Of a DNA stretch of 64,000 nucleotides, positions 18,644 to 27,944 are shown in pieces. Below the pieces are notes generated by a model. It saw only the letters and a program-made list of their open reading frames with translations, was not told the DNA's origin and did no database searches. Location of the stretch: contig CAWAIF010000003.1 in the NCBI GenBank assembly GCA_963782055.1, positions 6,240,001 through 6,304,000 of the forward strand, given 5' to 3'. Within the stretch, counting starts at the first letter, position 1; every line of letters begins with the position of its first letter. Both the position numbers and the translations under genes were made by a program. The DNA comes from an uncultured delta proteobacterium (GTDB taxonomy: Bacteria > Myxococcota_A > Polyangia > Polyangiales > Polyangiaceae).

Positions 18644-18671
18644 ATAGAGCCACCTCGCCACGATAAGTTCC
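18644..18671 (-). promoter_or_regulatory. Candidate ECF (RpoE-type) promoter for the hydrolase-TPP-KASIII-rsb run
   Basis: GGAACTT-N16-TCTAT; 8-bp inverted repeat CGGACGAC/GTCGTCCG (18617-18638) in the leader. Confidence 0.45.
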
Positions 18672-18845
18672 GCTCGGCTCCCGCGGAATCATCCCTGTGG
18701 GATGACAGCGCTCAGGAGAAGCGGGCGCGTGGCTCGAGCCCGAGGAACGCGCTGTAGCGGGCGGCGGCGCCGCGCACTGCGTCCTTCGCCTCGCGTGAGA
18801 GGCGACCGAAGGGCTCGACGTCGATCGTCAATCGCGCTCGTTCAT

Positions 18846-19346
18846 CTAGAAGCGAACGATCGGCCGCTGATCGATCGCGGCGATGGTGCCGGCCACGTCG
18901 TCGGGCGTGACGACGATGGGGAGCGAGCCGTCGTTGCGACGGATGATCACCGCCTGGCCGCAGCGCGTGGAGTACAGGCGAAAGCGGCCGAGCTTGTCGC
19001 TCGCGAAGAGGCCGTAGCTGCCGAAGAAGCCGCCCACGCCGAGGACACGCACCCGGCGACGGCCGAGCTCGCTCACCGGGGCGGCGCTCTCCACCGAGGA
19101 GAGGGCCACGCGCAGCGGCCGCCAGGCGCGGCGCTCGATGCGGAGCTCCGCGCCCTCCACGACCAGGGCGCTGGGCCCCATCATCCAGGAGAGCGCGAGG
19201 GCGCCCAGCACCAGCGCGATGACCGGGAGGCGGCCATCATGCGGGAGGAAGACGGCGGCGAGCACGAGGGTGACGACCACCAGGAGCGACGAGAGCACCG
19301 TGAAGTTGGCGTGAGCACGATCCAGGGAAAACGCCGTGCGGAACAT
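18846..19346 (-). CDS. Bacterial PH-domain membrane protein
   Basis: 2 TM helices then RVLGVGGFFGSYGLF...IVVTPDD. Confidence 0.75.
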   Translation of the reverse strand: MFRTAFSLDRAHANFTVLSSLLVVVTLVLAAVFLPHDGRLPVIALVLGALALSWMMGPSALVVEGAELRIERRAWRPLRVALSSVESAAPVSELGRRRVRVLGVGGFFGSYGLFASDKLGRFRLYSTRCGQAVIIRRNDGSLPIVVTPDDVAGTIAAIDQRPIVRF

Positions 19347-19419
19347 GCAGCTCAACCTAAGACCGCCCCCACCGGCGGCAACGAGTATCGGCACCCGCGG
19401 CGTCCGATTCTGGGGCCCG

Positions 19420-20544
19420 TCACCCCGGCAGCTTGGTGGCGGTCGCCGCCGTTTCGGCGCGCGGCGCCGGCTTGGGCGTCTTCGCCGTGCTCTTCGGCAA
19501 GGTGGGGGCCTTCGTCACGTCGGCCGGCGGCTCCGCCGTCATGCTGCCGAGGAAGGCGACGATGGACCGCGCCTGCTTGGCGCTGATGTTCTTCCCGAGC
19601 TGGTACTCGGCCATCATCATCACTGTCTGCTCCAGACTCTTCTGCGACCCGTCGTGCAGGTAGGGGCCGGTGTCGGTGATGTTGCGGAGCATCGCCACCT
19701 TGAACTTGCCCTTGTCCGCATCCTGCTTGGTGACGCCGTAGAGGCCCTCGTCCTTCAGGTTCGGCCACGGCTTGATCAGGCCGAGCTTCTGCACCATCGA
19801 GCCGCCCACGCCCGGCCCCTGGTGGCAGGTCTCGCATCCGGTGTCGAGGAAGGTGGCGAGGCCGGCCGTCTGCGTGTCGGTGAGGGCGGACTGGTCGCCC
19901 TCGAGGTACTTGTCCCAGGAGGACCGGTAGAGCAGCGTGCGCAGGAAGGCGCCGAGCGCCTTGGCGGTGTTGTCCAGGGTGACCGGCTTGGCCTCCCCGG
20001 GGAACGCCTTCTTGAAGTCGGCGACGTACTCGGGCATCGAGGTGAGCACCGCGTCGAGGCGCTTGTCGTCGGTGTCCATCACCGCGGGGTCCTTGAGCAC
20101 CATGCCGACGGCCTGCTCCACGGTATCGGCGCGCGCGTCCCAGAACTGCTTGGTCTGCACCGAGCCGTCGACGAGCGGCGGCGTGTTGCGGCCGAGGACC
20201 TTACCCCCCTGCCCCTTCGACAGGGCGAGCCCGTCGGTGCCGGCGTGGTCCAGGTGGTGGCAGCTGTTGCAGGAGAGGCTTTGCCCGCGGGAGATGCGCG
20301 CGTCGAAGAAGAGCATCTTGCCCAGGTTCACCTTGTCCGGTGTCCCGGGGTTCTCGGGCGACTCGTTCTTCGCGGGCAGCGCCTTGAAGAGCGCGAGCAT
20401 CGCCGTGTTGACGACGGGGGCCTTCGCCGTGGGCGCGGCGGCCTCCTGCACGACCTTCTGTGGCGTCGGCTTCTCCTGGCACGAAGAGGAGACGGCGGCG
20501 AGGGTCGCGACGACGGCGGTGGCGAGCAGCGTCCGGATGTCCAT
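19420..20544 (-). CDS. Diheme cytochrome c peroxidase (lipoprotein)
   Basis: LGKMLFFDARIS, CNSCH, QFWDARA, CETCH, TGPYLHDGS. Confidence 0.92.
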   Translation of the reverse strand: MDIRTLLATAVVATLAAVSSSCQEKPTPQKVVQEAAAPTAKAPVVNTAMLALFKALPAKNESPENPGTPDKVNLGKMLFFDARISRGQSLSCNSCHHLDHAGTDGLALSKGQGGKVLGRNTPPLVDGSVQTKQFWDARADTVEQAVGMVLKDPAVMDTDDKRLDAVLTSMPEYVADFKKAFPGEAKPVTLDNTAKALGAFLRTLLYRSSWDKYLEGDQSALTDTQTAGLATFLDTGCETCHQGPGVGGSMVQKLGLIKPWPNLKDEGLYGVTKQDADKGKFKVAMLRNITDTGPYLHDGSQKSLEQTVMMMAEYQLGKNISAKQARSIVAFLGSMTAEPPADVTKAPTLPKSTAKTPKPAPRAETAATATKLPG

Positions 20545-20638
20545 GGCGCGTTGCTAGGACCTGCGCCGGGACGGGCAAGACCCCGCGCGAAATCGGCGCG
20601 GCAGAGGATGCGCGGCCCGGCGGTCGGGGCGCGTCGGC

Positions 20639-22024
20639 TCAGCGATCGCGACGCGTACGTCGCCTGGACGCGACGGCCAGCCCCGCGAAGAGCGCGAGGG
20701 CCGCGCCCCAGCCGCCGCCGCCGGCGGAGCCTGTCTCCACCGCGCAGCCGCCGCCTCCGCCTCCTCCTCCGCCGCCGCCGGTTCCCGCGCCGGAGGGCGG
20801 CGCGGCGACCTGGATGCTGAAGGGCGCGTCGGACTTCTTCGACGAGATGCCCGCGACCACCACGACGCCGGCGCCCGTGACGGTGGCGGGCAGGTGCGAG
20901 AGCTCGTCGAGGCGAGCCTTGCCGCCCTCCAGCGGGAAGGTGCGCGCCGCGACGCGCGTCTCGTCGCCGGTGAGGGTGAGCTGCTCCTGAGCGTCGCCGA
21001 AGTCGTACGAGTAGAAGAAGACGGAGAAGCCGGTGGCGATGTCGCTCACGCCGGAGTCGTCCATCGGGGTGAGGGTGACCTCCGGGTAGCTGGCGGCGTC
21101 GGCGTAGCCGCCCGTGCCGGCGCGCGAGCCGGTCGCCGCGTTCCACGCGGCGAAGGTCGGGTACGCGTCGGCGAGCGACGAGCCGAACGTCGGAAGCGCC
21201 GCGTCGATGGCGTTCATCGACGGCGGGCCGAGCGTGGCCTCCTGCTCCAGGGAGGCGCGGATGGTGTCGGGGTCGAGGTACTGGTCGAGGAAGACGGGCC
21301 AGATCGCAGCGCCGTAGAGGAAGCCGGAGACCACCCCGCCACCGGCGATGTCGATGGACTTGCCGGCATCGGAGAAGAACGCGGGGAGGAAGGACTCCAA
21401 ATCCGTCTCCGCGGGGTAGAGCGTCTTGGCGGCCCACTGCGCGGTGCCCTCCGCCCAGAAGTGGTCGAGCTTCTGGTCGTAGGCGTCCTGCACCGAGTGG
21501 AAGATCTCGTGCGCGATGACGACGTGGGCGCCGAGCTCGAAGGAGCCGTAGATCTTCTCCAGGTGCGACTCCACCTGGAGGAAGGTGGTGCACTGCGTCG
21601 CCTTGCCGCTCGCCGTGCACGTCTCCGTCGCCGTGTCGCCGTCGGCGGCGTTGAAGTGCATCAGGTACAGGTCGAGGGCGGGCGACCCGCCGCACGCGTT
21701 GCCGGAGCCGCTGTCGGAGAGCGGCGCGGTGAAGCCCATCTGCACGTAGGACGCGAACGCCGCGTCGGCCACCGAGGCGGCGGTGGCGACGTTGTCGGGC
21801 ACCTGATCGACGCGTGTCGTCGTGGGGTCGACCGCGTGCATGCCCGTGGTGGTGTACCAGACGCGCACGCTCTTGCCGTCGAAGTGGGAGACCGGGTCGG
21901 CGCCGTAGTCGTAGCCGTTCACCCCGCCCGGGTCGGTCGGGCGCTGGCAGGCGGCGTGGGCGGTGCGCGCGGCGAGGCCGGCGGCGGCGACGCAGAGCAC
22001 GGACGCGAACGTACGCGCGCGCAT
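20639..22024 (-). CDS. MXAN_6640-like zinc metalloprotease with MYXO-CTERM-like tail
   Basis: Signal peptide, AHEIFHSVQ...EGTAQWA, Gly-rich linker, GC, TM helix, RRR. Confidence 0.8.
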   Translation of the reverse strand: MRARTFASVLCVAAAGLAARTAHAACQRPTDPGGVNGYDYGADPVSHFDGKSVRVWYTTTGMHAVDPTTTRVDQVPDNVATAASVADAAFASYVQMGFTAPLSDSGSGNACGGSPALDLYLMHFNAADGDTATETCTASGKATQCTTFLQVESHLEKIYGSFELGAHVVIAHEIFHSVQDAYDQKLDHFWAEGTAQWAAKTLYPAETDLESFLPAFFSDAGKSIDIAGGGVVSGFLYGAAIWPVFLDQYLDPDTIRASLEQEATLGPPSMNAIDAALPTFGSSLADAYPTFAAWNAATGSRAGTGGYADAASYPEVTLTPMDDSGVSDIATGFSVFFYSYDFGDAQEQLTLTGDETRVAARTFPLEGGKARLDELSHLPATVTGAGVVVVAGISSKKSDAPFSIQVAAPPSGAGTGGGGGGGGGGGCAVETGSAGGGGWGAALALFAGLAVASRRRTRRDR

Positions 22025-22026
22025 GG

Positions 22027-22773
22027 CTACAGGCCCGCGACCTCGATGAGGTACTCGCCGGCGAGCTGGCTCCCGCCCGTGCCGCCGTCGGGCCGGCCGT
22101 AGAAGGAGAGGATGGCGACCTTGTAGAGCTTGCCCGTGGCGCCGCGGACGATGAAGGTGGTGCCCGGCTTCGGCGTGACGGTGTTGGTCTGCTGGTCGTA
22201 GTCGTACCAGTCGCTCATCGTCGTCAGGATCTCGCCGGTGGCGTCGGTCTTGGGGTTGCAGTCGGCGTCGACGAAGGACTCGGTCGCGAAGGTGCCGGTC
22301 GCGTCGGCGGCGGTGACCTGGTCGAACGCCTTGGCGACGGTGAGCAGGCCGCCCTGGCCCGGGCCCCCGTCGCCGTCGTTGGTGAAGATGACGGGGCGCT
22401 TGAACGCCAGGTCCCAGCCAGTGGAGGTCGGCGCCTGCACGTCGGTGACGTCGACGCGGGTGGCGGTCTCCAGGTTGACGTAGGTGCGCGGGTACTGATC
22501 CTGGAGGGCGAAGCTCCCAGCCGAGGCGTCCAGGTAGACCGTCTTGACGCCGTTGGTGTCGCTCACCACCGAGACGACGCCGGTGGAGACCTTGTCGACC
22601 GGCTTGAGGACGGACGACAGGGCGGCGGAGCACATGTTGCCCGCGTCCGCGGTGGCGTCGGCGGGGGCGTCCACGTCGGCGTCGCCGGCGCCGGCGTCAT
22701 CGGTGCTCGCCGGCGAGCTGCTGCAGGCGGTGACGCCCAGACCCATGAGGAGAAGAAGAGGAGGGAGGCGCAA
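22027..22773 (-). CDS. HmuY-family lipoprotein
   Basis: Lipobox VTAC, GWDLAFKR, WYDYD, YKVAILSFY; start uncertain (TTG 22773). Confidence 0.75.
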   Translation of the reverse strand: MRLPPLLLLMGLGVTACSSSPASTDDAGAGDADVDAPADATADAGNMCSAALSSVLKPVDKVSTGVVSVVSDTNGVKTVYLDASAGSFALQDQYPRTYVNLETATRVDVTDVQAPTSTGWDLAFKRPVIFTNDGDGGPGQGGLLTVAKAFDQVTAADATGTFATESFVDADCNPKTDATGEILTTMSDWYDYDQQTNTVTPKPGTTFIVRGATGKLYKVAILSFYGRPDGGTGGSQLAGEYLIEVAGL

Positions 22774-22945
22774 GGTCCCCAGTGTACCGCCTCCGCGGGG
22801 GACGAGCGCACCTTTCGCGTGCGCCGGAGAGGTCCATGCGCCTCGGAAGCGTGGTTCCCGGCTCCGCGCCCGGGACCATCGGGTGCCCCCTCCCGCAGCG
22901 GGTGCGCGTCGGCGCAAAGTCCAAGCGCGCCGGAGGCCGCCTTTG

Positions 22946-22956
22946 GCGAAATGCCA
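22946..22956. promoter_or_regulatory. Candidate enhancer GCGAAATGCCA (copy 1)
   Basis: Identical 11-mer at 40855-40865; lies within imperfect palindrome TTGGCGAAATGCCAA upstream of a sigma54 promoter. Confidence 0.5.
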
Positions 22957-23020
22957 ACCGCGAAGGCTCGCGGCGCCGTCAATCGGCGGGTCGCCGGGGC
23001 AACCTCCCAACATCCGGTGG

Positions 23021-23036
23021 TGGCACGCAACCTGCT
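23021..23036 (+). promoter_or_regulatory. sigma54 -24/-12 promoter of left EPS operon
   Basis: TGGCACGCAACCTGCT (GG-N10-GC). Confidence 0.7.
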
Positions 23037-23053
23037 CTGTGGTGTGAGTTGCC

Positions 23054-24415
23054 ATGTTTGCATCTCGTCGACATCTCTCCACGGAGCGCGCTCAGACCCT
23101 CAGTCGGGCCGGAGACTTGCTCCTGATCTGGGGGGCCGCGTGGCTCGCGGCGCGGGTCGAGGGGCCTCTCGGCATCCTGTCCTTTGGCCTCGCCGCCACG
23201 CTCCTCTGGCTGCTCGCCGCCAGGGTGATCCGGCAGTACGACGCGACCAACGGGCGCGGCTTCGTCGGCGACCTGGTGCTCACCCTGGTCATGGTGATCA
23301 CGGTCTCCGGAGTCCTCTTCGCCGCCAGCATCCTCCTCGGCCACGCGGAGGTCGAGCGGTTCGCCGCGGTGTGGGTCCCCTCGGTCCTCGTCGCCCGGGC
23401 GATCGTCATCGGCCCGCGGCTGCGGGCGGCGCGGCCGGTCGACGCGGTGCTCGTCGTGGGCGTCGGCCCGCTCGGCCGGGTGACGGGCAAGGAGATCGCC
23501 GAGAGCGGCCGGAGTGTCCTCGGCTATCTCCGCTTCGAGGACGAGGAGCCCCACGCGCACCTGCGCGCGACGGTGCTGGGGACGGCGGGGCACCTGGAGA
23601 ACGTCCTCAAGGAGCGCGTCGTCGACGAGGTGTACCTCGCCGCCACGGCGGACGAGCACGCTGCGGCGGTACAGGACTCCATCCGCACTTGCGAGCGCTT
23701 CGGCACCCCCTTCGCCCTGCCCGCCTTCGCGTACCGCCTCACCCGCGCCCGGCCTGTGGGTCCGCTCGGGCATGGCGACGGGTACGCGCACTTCCTCAGC
23801 GTGCGGCAGAAGCCGCTGCAGCTCTGGCTCAAGCGGTTCTTCGACCTCGTCGCCTCCGGCGGGGCGCTGGCGCTCCTCTCGCCCCTCCTCGTCGGCGTCG
23901 CCGTGGCGGTGAAGGTGACCTCACGCGGGCCCGTCTTCTTCCGTCAGGAGCGCGTCGGCCTCCATGGCCGCACCTTCTACATGCTCAAGTACCGCTCGAT
24001 GGTGGCCGACGCCGAGGCGCAGAAGGCCAAGCTGCTGGCGCACAACGAGCAGGCCGGCCCGGTCTTCAAGATGAAGCGCGACCCGCGCGTGACCGCGGTC
24101 GGCCGCTTCATCCGCAAGTTCAGCATCGACGAGCTCCCGCAGCTGGTGAACGTGCTGCGCGGCGACATGTCGATCGTCGGGCCGCGCCCGCCCCTCCCGA
24201 GCGAGGTGCGCCGCTACCAGGCCTGGCAGCGCCGGCGCCTCTCCGTCCGCCCCGGCCTCACGTGCGTCTGGCAGGTGAGCGGCCGCAACGAGATTTCTTT
24301 CGAAGAGTGGATGCTTCTCGACATGCGCTACATCGACCACTGGAGCCTCGCTCAGGACTTCAACCTCATCCTGCGCACGGTGCCGGTCGTGTTGACGGGC
24401 CGCGGTGCGAGTTGA
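23054..24415 (+). CDS. Polyprenyl glycosylphosphotransferase (WcaJ/EpsZ-like priming transferase)
   Basis: 4+1 [49 protein letters not shown]. Confidence 0.95.
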   Translation: MFASRRHLSTERAQTLSRAGDLLLIWGAAWLAARVEGPLGILSFGLAATLLWLLAARVIRQYDATNGRGFVGDLVLTLVMVITVSGVLFAASILLGHAEVERFAAVWVPSVLVARAIVIGPRLRAARPVDAVLVVGVGPLGRVTGKEIAESGRSVLGYLRFEDEEPHAHLRATVLGTAGHLENVLKERVVDEVYLAATADEHAAAVQDSIRTCERFGTPFALPAFAYRLTRARPVGPLGHGDGYAHFLSVRQKPLQLWLKRFFDLVASGGALALLSPLLVGVAVAVKVTSRGPVFFRQERVGLHGRTFYMLKYRSMVADAEAQKAKLLAHNEQAGPVFKMKRDPRVTAVGRFIRKFSIDELPQLVNVLRGDMSIVGPRPPLPSEVRRYQAWQRRRLSVRPGLTCVWQVSGRNEISFEEWMLLDMRYIDHWSLAQDFNLILRTVPVVLTGRGAS

Positions 24416-24429
24416 GGAAAGGAGATCCG

Positions 24430-24837
24430 ATGAAGAACCGAGTGGCGCTCGTCGTGGAGGACGACCCGATCCTCCAGCGGGCGATGACCAACCGCCTGGG
24501 GAGGATGGGCTTCGACGCGCTCGGGGCCCTTCATTACGACGCCGCGCTCCTACGGCTCGCCGAGCGGCGTCCGCACCTCGTGTGCGTCAACCTGGAGCTC
24601 CCCACCGAGTCCGGGTACGAGGTGTGCGAGTACATCCGGCGCGACGCGAGGCTCGCGCGCGTGCCCATCATCGTGACCAGTGAGTCCGGCTACCCGGAGG
24701 CCATGGCGAGCGCGGAGAGGGCCGGCGCCAACGCCTTCCTCAAGAAACCCTTCACGATGGCGGCCCTCGTCGCCTACGTGGAGGCGCTCGTCCACGGACA
24801 CGAGAGCGAACCGCATCTGAGGAGGCTCTGGCCATGA
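24430..24837 (+). CDS. Single-domain receiver protein with Asn at the phospho-acceptor position
   Basis: LVVEDD...HLVCVNLELP...KKPF; RBS AAGGAG. Confidence 0.85.
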   Translation: MKNRVALVVEDDPILQRAMTNRLGRMGFDALGALHYDAALLRLAERRPHLVCVNLELPTESGYEVCEYIRRDARLARVPIIVTSESGYPEAMASAERAGANAFLKKPFTMAALVAYVEALVHGHESEPHLRRLWP

Positions 24838-25439
24838 ACGCCGCCCGCCGCCGCACGGTCTTCTTCCTCATGATCCTCGGAGCGCTGCTGGCACTCGTGC
24901 CGGCGTGCGCGAGTCAGGGCCACTACGTGTGGGTGGGCGATCTGCCGCCCAGCCAGGGCTCCGATGCCTACGTCATCTCGGCGGGCGACCTGCTCAACGT
25001 CCGCGTCTTCAACCAGGAGAACCTCTCCACGCACGCGCGGGTGCGGACCGACGGGAAGATCGCCGTGCCGCTCCTCGGCGACGTGGCGGTCGCCGGGCGC
25101 ACGCCCTCGGACGTCACAGGCGAGCTGCAGAAGCGCTTCAAGCAGTACGTGGTCTCGCCGGAGGTCACCATCACCGTGGAGGAGATCCAGCCCACCGCGG
25201 TCTCGGTGCTCGGGGAGGTGTCGCACCCGGGCAACTACACCCTCGCCGGGTCGGCGGGCGTGCTGGCGGCGCTCGCCGCGGCCGGCGGGCTGACCGAGTA
25301 CGCGAGCCGCAGCGGCATCTACGTGGTGCGCCACTCGCCCCCGCAGGACGTCCGGTTCACCTTCGCCTCCCTGACCGACGCCGAGAGCCGCGCGGCCACC
25401 TTCCGGTTGCGGCCCGGCGACGTCGTGGTGGTCGAGTAG
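24834..25439 (+). CDS. Short OPX (Wza-like) polysaccharide export lipoprotein
   Basis: Lipobox VPAC, YVISAGDLL, DGKIAVPLLG, SLBB GEVSHPG, ends LRPGDVVVVE with no C-terminal helix. Confidence 0.9.
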   Translation: MNAARRRTVFFLMILGALLALVPACASQGHYVWVGDLPPSQGSDAYVISAGDLLNVRVFNQENLSTHARVRTDGKIAVPLLGDVAVAGRTPSDVTGELQKRFKQYVVSPEVTITVEEIQPTAVSVLGEVSHPGNYTLAGSAGVLAALAAAGGLTEYASRSGIYVVRHSPPQDVRFTFASLTDAESRAATFRLRPGDVVVVE

Positions 25440-25445
25440 GGTGTC

Positions 25446-26627
25446 GTGCTGTCCACGCTCCTCGCCGCTGCAGCCGTCTCCGGGGCCCTCGACCTCTCGG
25501 ACCGGACCGAGCTGCGCCTGCGCGATCCCGGATCGCTCGCCGACACGGTGTCCTTCGACATCGCGACGGCGCCTCGCGCCGAGCTGACGCTCTCGTCCCG
25601 CCGCACGACGCTGAGGCTCAGCTACGTGCCGGAGGTCACGCTCTGGGACCTGAACGTGGCGCCCTCGCCGCCGGTGCTGATGCAGCAGGCCTCCGCGCTC
25701 GGAGAGTGGAGGCACAAGCTCGGTCGGCTGTCGCTCGAGCAGAGCGGCTCCTACGGCGACGTGAACTACGCGTCGCTCACCTTCGTGCCGGGCCCCGCCG
25801 GGGCGCCGCCGCGCGTCGACGTCGTGCCGGCCTCGCAGGTCATCCACTACATGTCGTCGACGAGTGTCCTGTCCACCGACCTGAACCTGCGACGCTGGAG
25901 GCTGGGCCTGCGCGGCGGCTATCAGGTGCTGGGCGGCGCCGACACCGAGGCCCGCGCCATCCTCCCGCTGCAGTCCGGTCCCTTCGGCGAGGGCCTCGCC
26001 GACTTCGCCCTCAGCCGCCGCGCCGACCTGCGAACCACCCTCTCCGCCGCCGAGCTCTCCTTCTCCAACGGCCCCGAGAGCGTGCTCGTCACCGCGCGGG
26101 AGGGCTGGCATCACGCGTGGAGCCGGACCACCCGCACCGAGCTCACGGCGGGCGTCACCGAGGCGCGCTCCCGCCCCGACGACCGCTCGACCAACCGCTA
26201 CCAGACCTTCCCCGTGGGGGAGCTTGCGCTGGAGCAGAGCCACCTGACCGCCGGCGATCGTGTGGTCGTCCGGGTCGGGGCCGGCGTCTCGCCGACCGTC
26301 AACCAGCTCTATGGCAACGTCGACGAGCGCGTGGAGGGCACGGTCCGCGCGACGTGGACGCACCGACGCCTGGCGCTCACGGCGTACGCGTCGGCGCAGC
26401 AGTCGGTGCCGACCGACGGCGACTACGCGGTGCAGCTCCTCGCCGGCGAGCTCTCCGCCACGTACGACACCGGCGGCGTCGTGTCCTTCGATGGCGGCGT
26501 TCGCGCCATCGGCCAGCGCGCCAACGAACCGCCGCCCCCAGGCTCCGGCGTGCCGGGGGAGAGCTCCTTCGTGCAGGGGATCGTGTTTCTCGGGGTGACG
26601 CTCCGCGCGCCCAAGCTGAGGTTCTGA
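25446..26627 (+). CDS. Outer-membrane beta-barrel, EpsX/WzpX-like polysaccharide translocon
   Basis: Alternating amphipathic strands, C-terminal Phe, position right after a short OPX. Confidence 0.65.
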   Translation: MLSTLLAAAAVSGALDLSDRTELRLRDPGSLADTVSFDIATAPRAELTLSSRRTTLRLSYVPEVTLWDLNVAPSPPVLMQQASALGEWRHKLGRLSLEQSGSYGDVNYASLTFVPGPAGAPPRVDVVPASQVIHYMSSTSVLSTDLNLRRWRLGLRGGYQVLGGADTEARAILPLQSGPFGEGLADFALSRRADLRTTLSAAELSFSNGPESVLVTAREGWHHAWSRTTRTELTAGVTEARSRPDDRSTNRYQTFPVGELALEQSHLTAGDRVVVRVGAGVSPTVNQLYGNVDERVEGTVRATWTHRRLALTAYASAQQSVPTDGDYAVQLLAGELSATYDTGGVVSFDGGVRAIGQRANEPPPPGSGVPGESSFVQGIVFLGVTLRAPKLRF

Positions 26628-26643
26628 GAGAGGAGATGCTCCG

Positions 26644-27138
26644 ATGAAAGGCTTCTGGGATCGAACGGACTGGGAACGCATCTGGTTTCGCACGCAGAGC
26701 CGAGACTGGCGGGCCCTGGCCGTGGTCCCGAGCGACGTCGAGACCGAGGCCGCGGCCTACGACATGGCGCGGTTCATCGCCGGGCTGGCCACGCAGCACG
26801 AGGAGAAGCTCTCCCTCGCCGACTTCCGCGACGTGCCGCTGCCGCGGGTCAGCGCCTTCCTCCAGCTCGCCGACTGGCATCTCGGCTTCGGCGAGCGGCT
26901 CATCTACGCGACGCGGAGCATCGCCGAGAACGTGGCGACCGTGCGCGTCGCGCGCTCGGCCGACTGCGTGTTGCTGTGCGCCTCGCTCGGCACGACGCCC
27001 CTGCGCGCCATCGAGGACGCCATCGAGCAGATCGGACGTGATCGGTTCCTGGGGAGCGTCCTGTTCCGGCCGCCGAAGCGTGGTCGCGCCAACGAGACCG
27101 CGCTGGTCAAGCGAAGCGGCAGCGAGGCCTGGCCGTGA
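26644..27138 (+). CDS. Stand-alone bacterial tyrosine pseudokinase-like protein (Wze-like)
   Basis: WRALAVVP, ADCVLLCASLG, FLGSVL resemble the BY-kinase fold with Walker motifs and Tyr cluster missing. Confidence 0.6.
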   Translation: MKGFWDRTDWERIWFRTQSRDWRALAVVPSDVETEAAAYDMARFIAGLATQHEEKLSLADFRDVPLPRVSAFLQLADWHLGFGERLIYATRSIAENVATVRVARSADCVLLCASLGTTPLRAIEDAIEQIGRDRFLGSVLFRPPKRGRANETALVKRSGSEAWP

Positions 27139-27944
27139 CCCTGCAAGCCAGCCCCGACGGCGCGGCGGTCCTGCGGGAGCCCACGCGATTTTACCTGGGA
27201 CACGTCCCGGTCGACCGGCTCACCTTCGACGGCGCGCTCGACGCCATCGAGGCGATGATCCGGCGCCGGTCCGGGGGGATCGTCTTCACGCCCAACGTCG
27301 ATCACGTCGTCCTCGCCGAGCGTGACGAGGCCCTGAGGCGCGCGTACGCGCGCGCCGACCTGGCGCTGGCCGACGGCATGCCCATCGTGTGGGCGTCGCA
27401 CCTGCTGGGCACACCGGTGCCGGAGAAGGTGTCCGGGTCGGATCTGGTGCCGCGCCTGCTGGACCGCGCGCAGGACCTCGGCTGGCGGGTGTACTTCTTC
27501 GGCGGCGGTCACGGCTCCGCCACCGAGGCGGTCCGTCGTCTGCGCGAGTCGCGTCCGCGCCTCCGGATCGCCGGGGCGGAGTCCCCCCGGGTGGACATGA
27601 GCCAGCCCCCGCGGCGGCGGCGCTCGGCGATGGAGCGCATCCGGTCGACCTCGCCCGACGTGGTGCTCGTCGGCCTCGGCGCGCCGAAGCAGGAGCTGTG
27701 GATCGACGAGGTCGCCACCACCCTGCGTCCCGCGGTGCTGCTGGGCGTGGGCGCCTCCCTCGACTTCCTCGCCGGCGCCGCGACGCGCGCGCCGCGCTGG
27801 ATCTCCGAGAGCGGCCTGGAGTGGGCGTACCGGCTGGCGCGCGAGCCTCGGCGCATGTGGCGGCGGTATCTGGTGCGCGACCCGCGGTTTCTGGCCATCC
27901 TGGCGGGGGAGCTGCTCCGGCGCGGTCGAGGGCCCGCGCCGTGA
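27135..27944 (+). CDS. WecB/TagA/CpsF glycosyltransferase (GT26)
   Basis: TPNVDH, ADGMPIVW, GLGAPKQE, GLEWAYRL. Confidence 0.95.
   Translation: MTLQASPDGAAVLREPTRFYLGHVPVDRLTFDGALDAIEAMIRRRSGGIVFTPNVDHVVLAERDEALRRAYARADLALADGMPIVWASHLLGTPVPEKVSGSDLVPRLLDRAQDLGWRVYFFGGGHGSATEAVRRLRESRPRLRIAGAESPRVDMSQPPRRRRSAMERIRSTSPDVVLVGLGAPKQELWIDEVATTLRPAVLLGVGASLDFLAGAATRAPRWISESGLEWAYRLAREPRRMWRRYLVRDPRFLAILAGELLRRGRGPAP

Noticed and set aside
21814..24837. 1007-aa plus-strand ORF
   Set aside because: Only the last 135 aa (receiver domain, own RBS) are credible.
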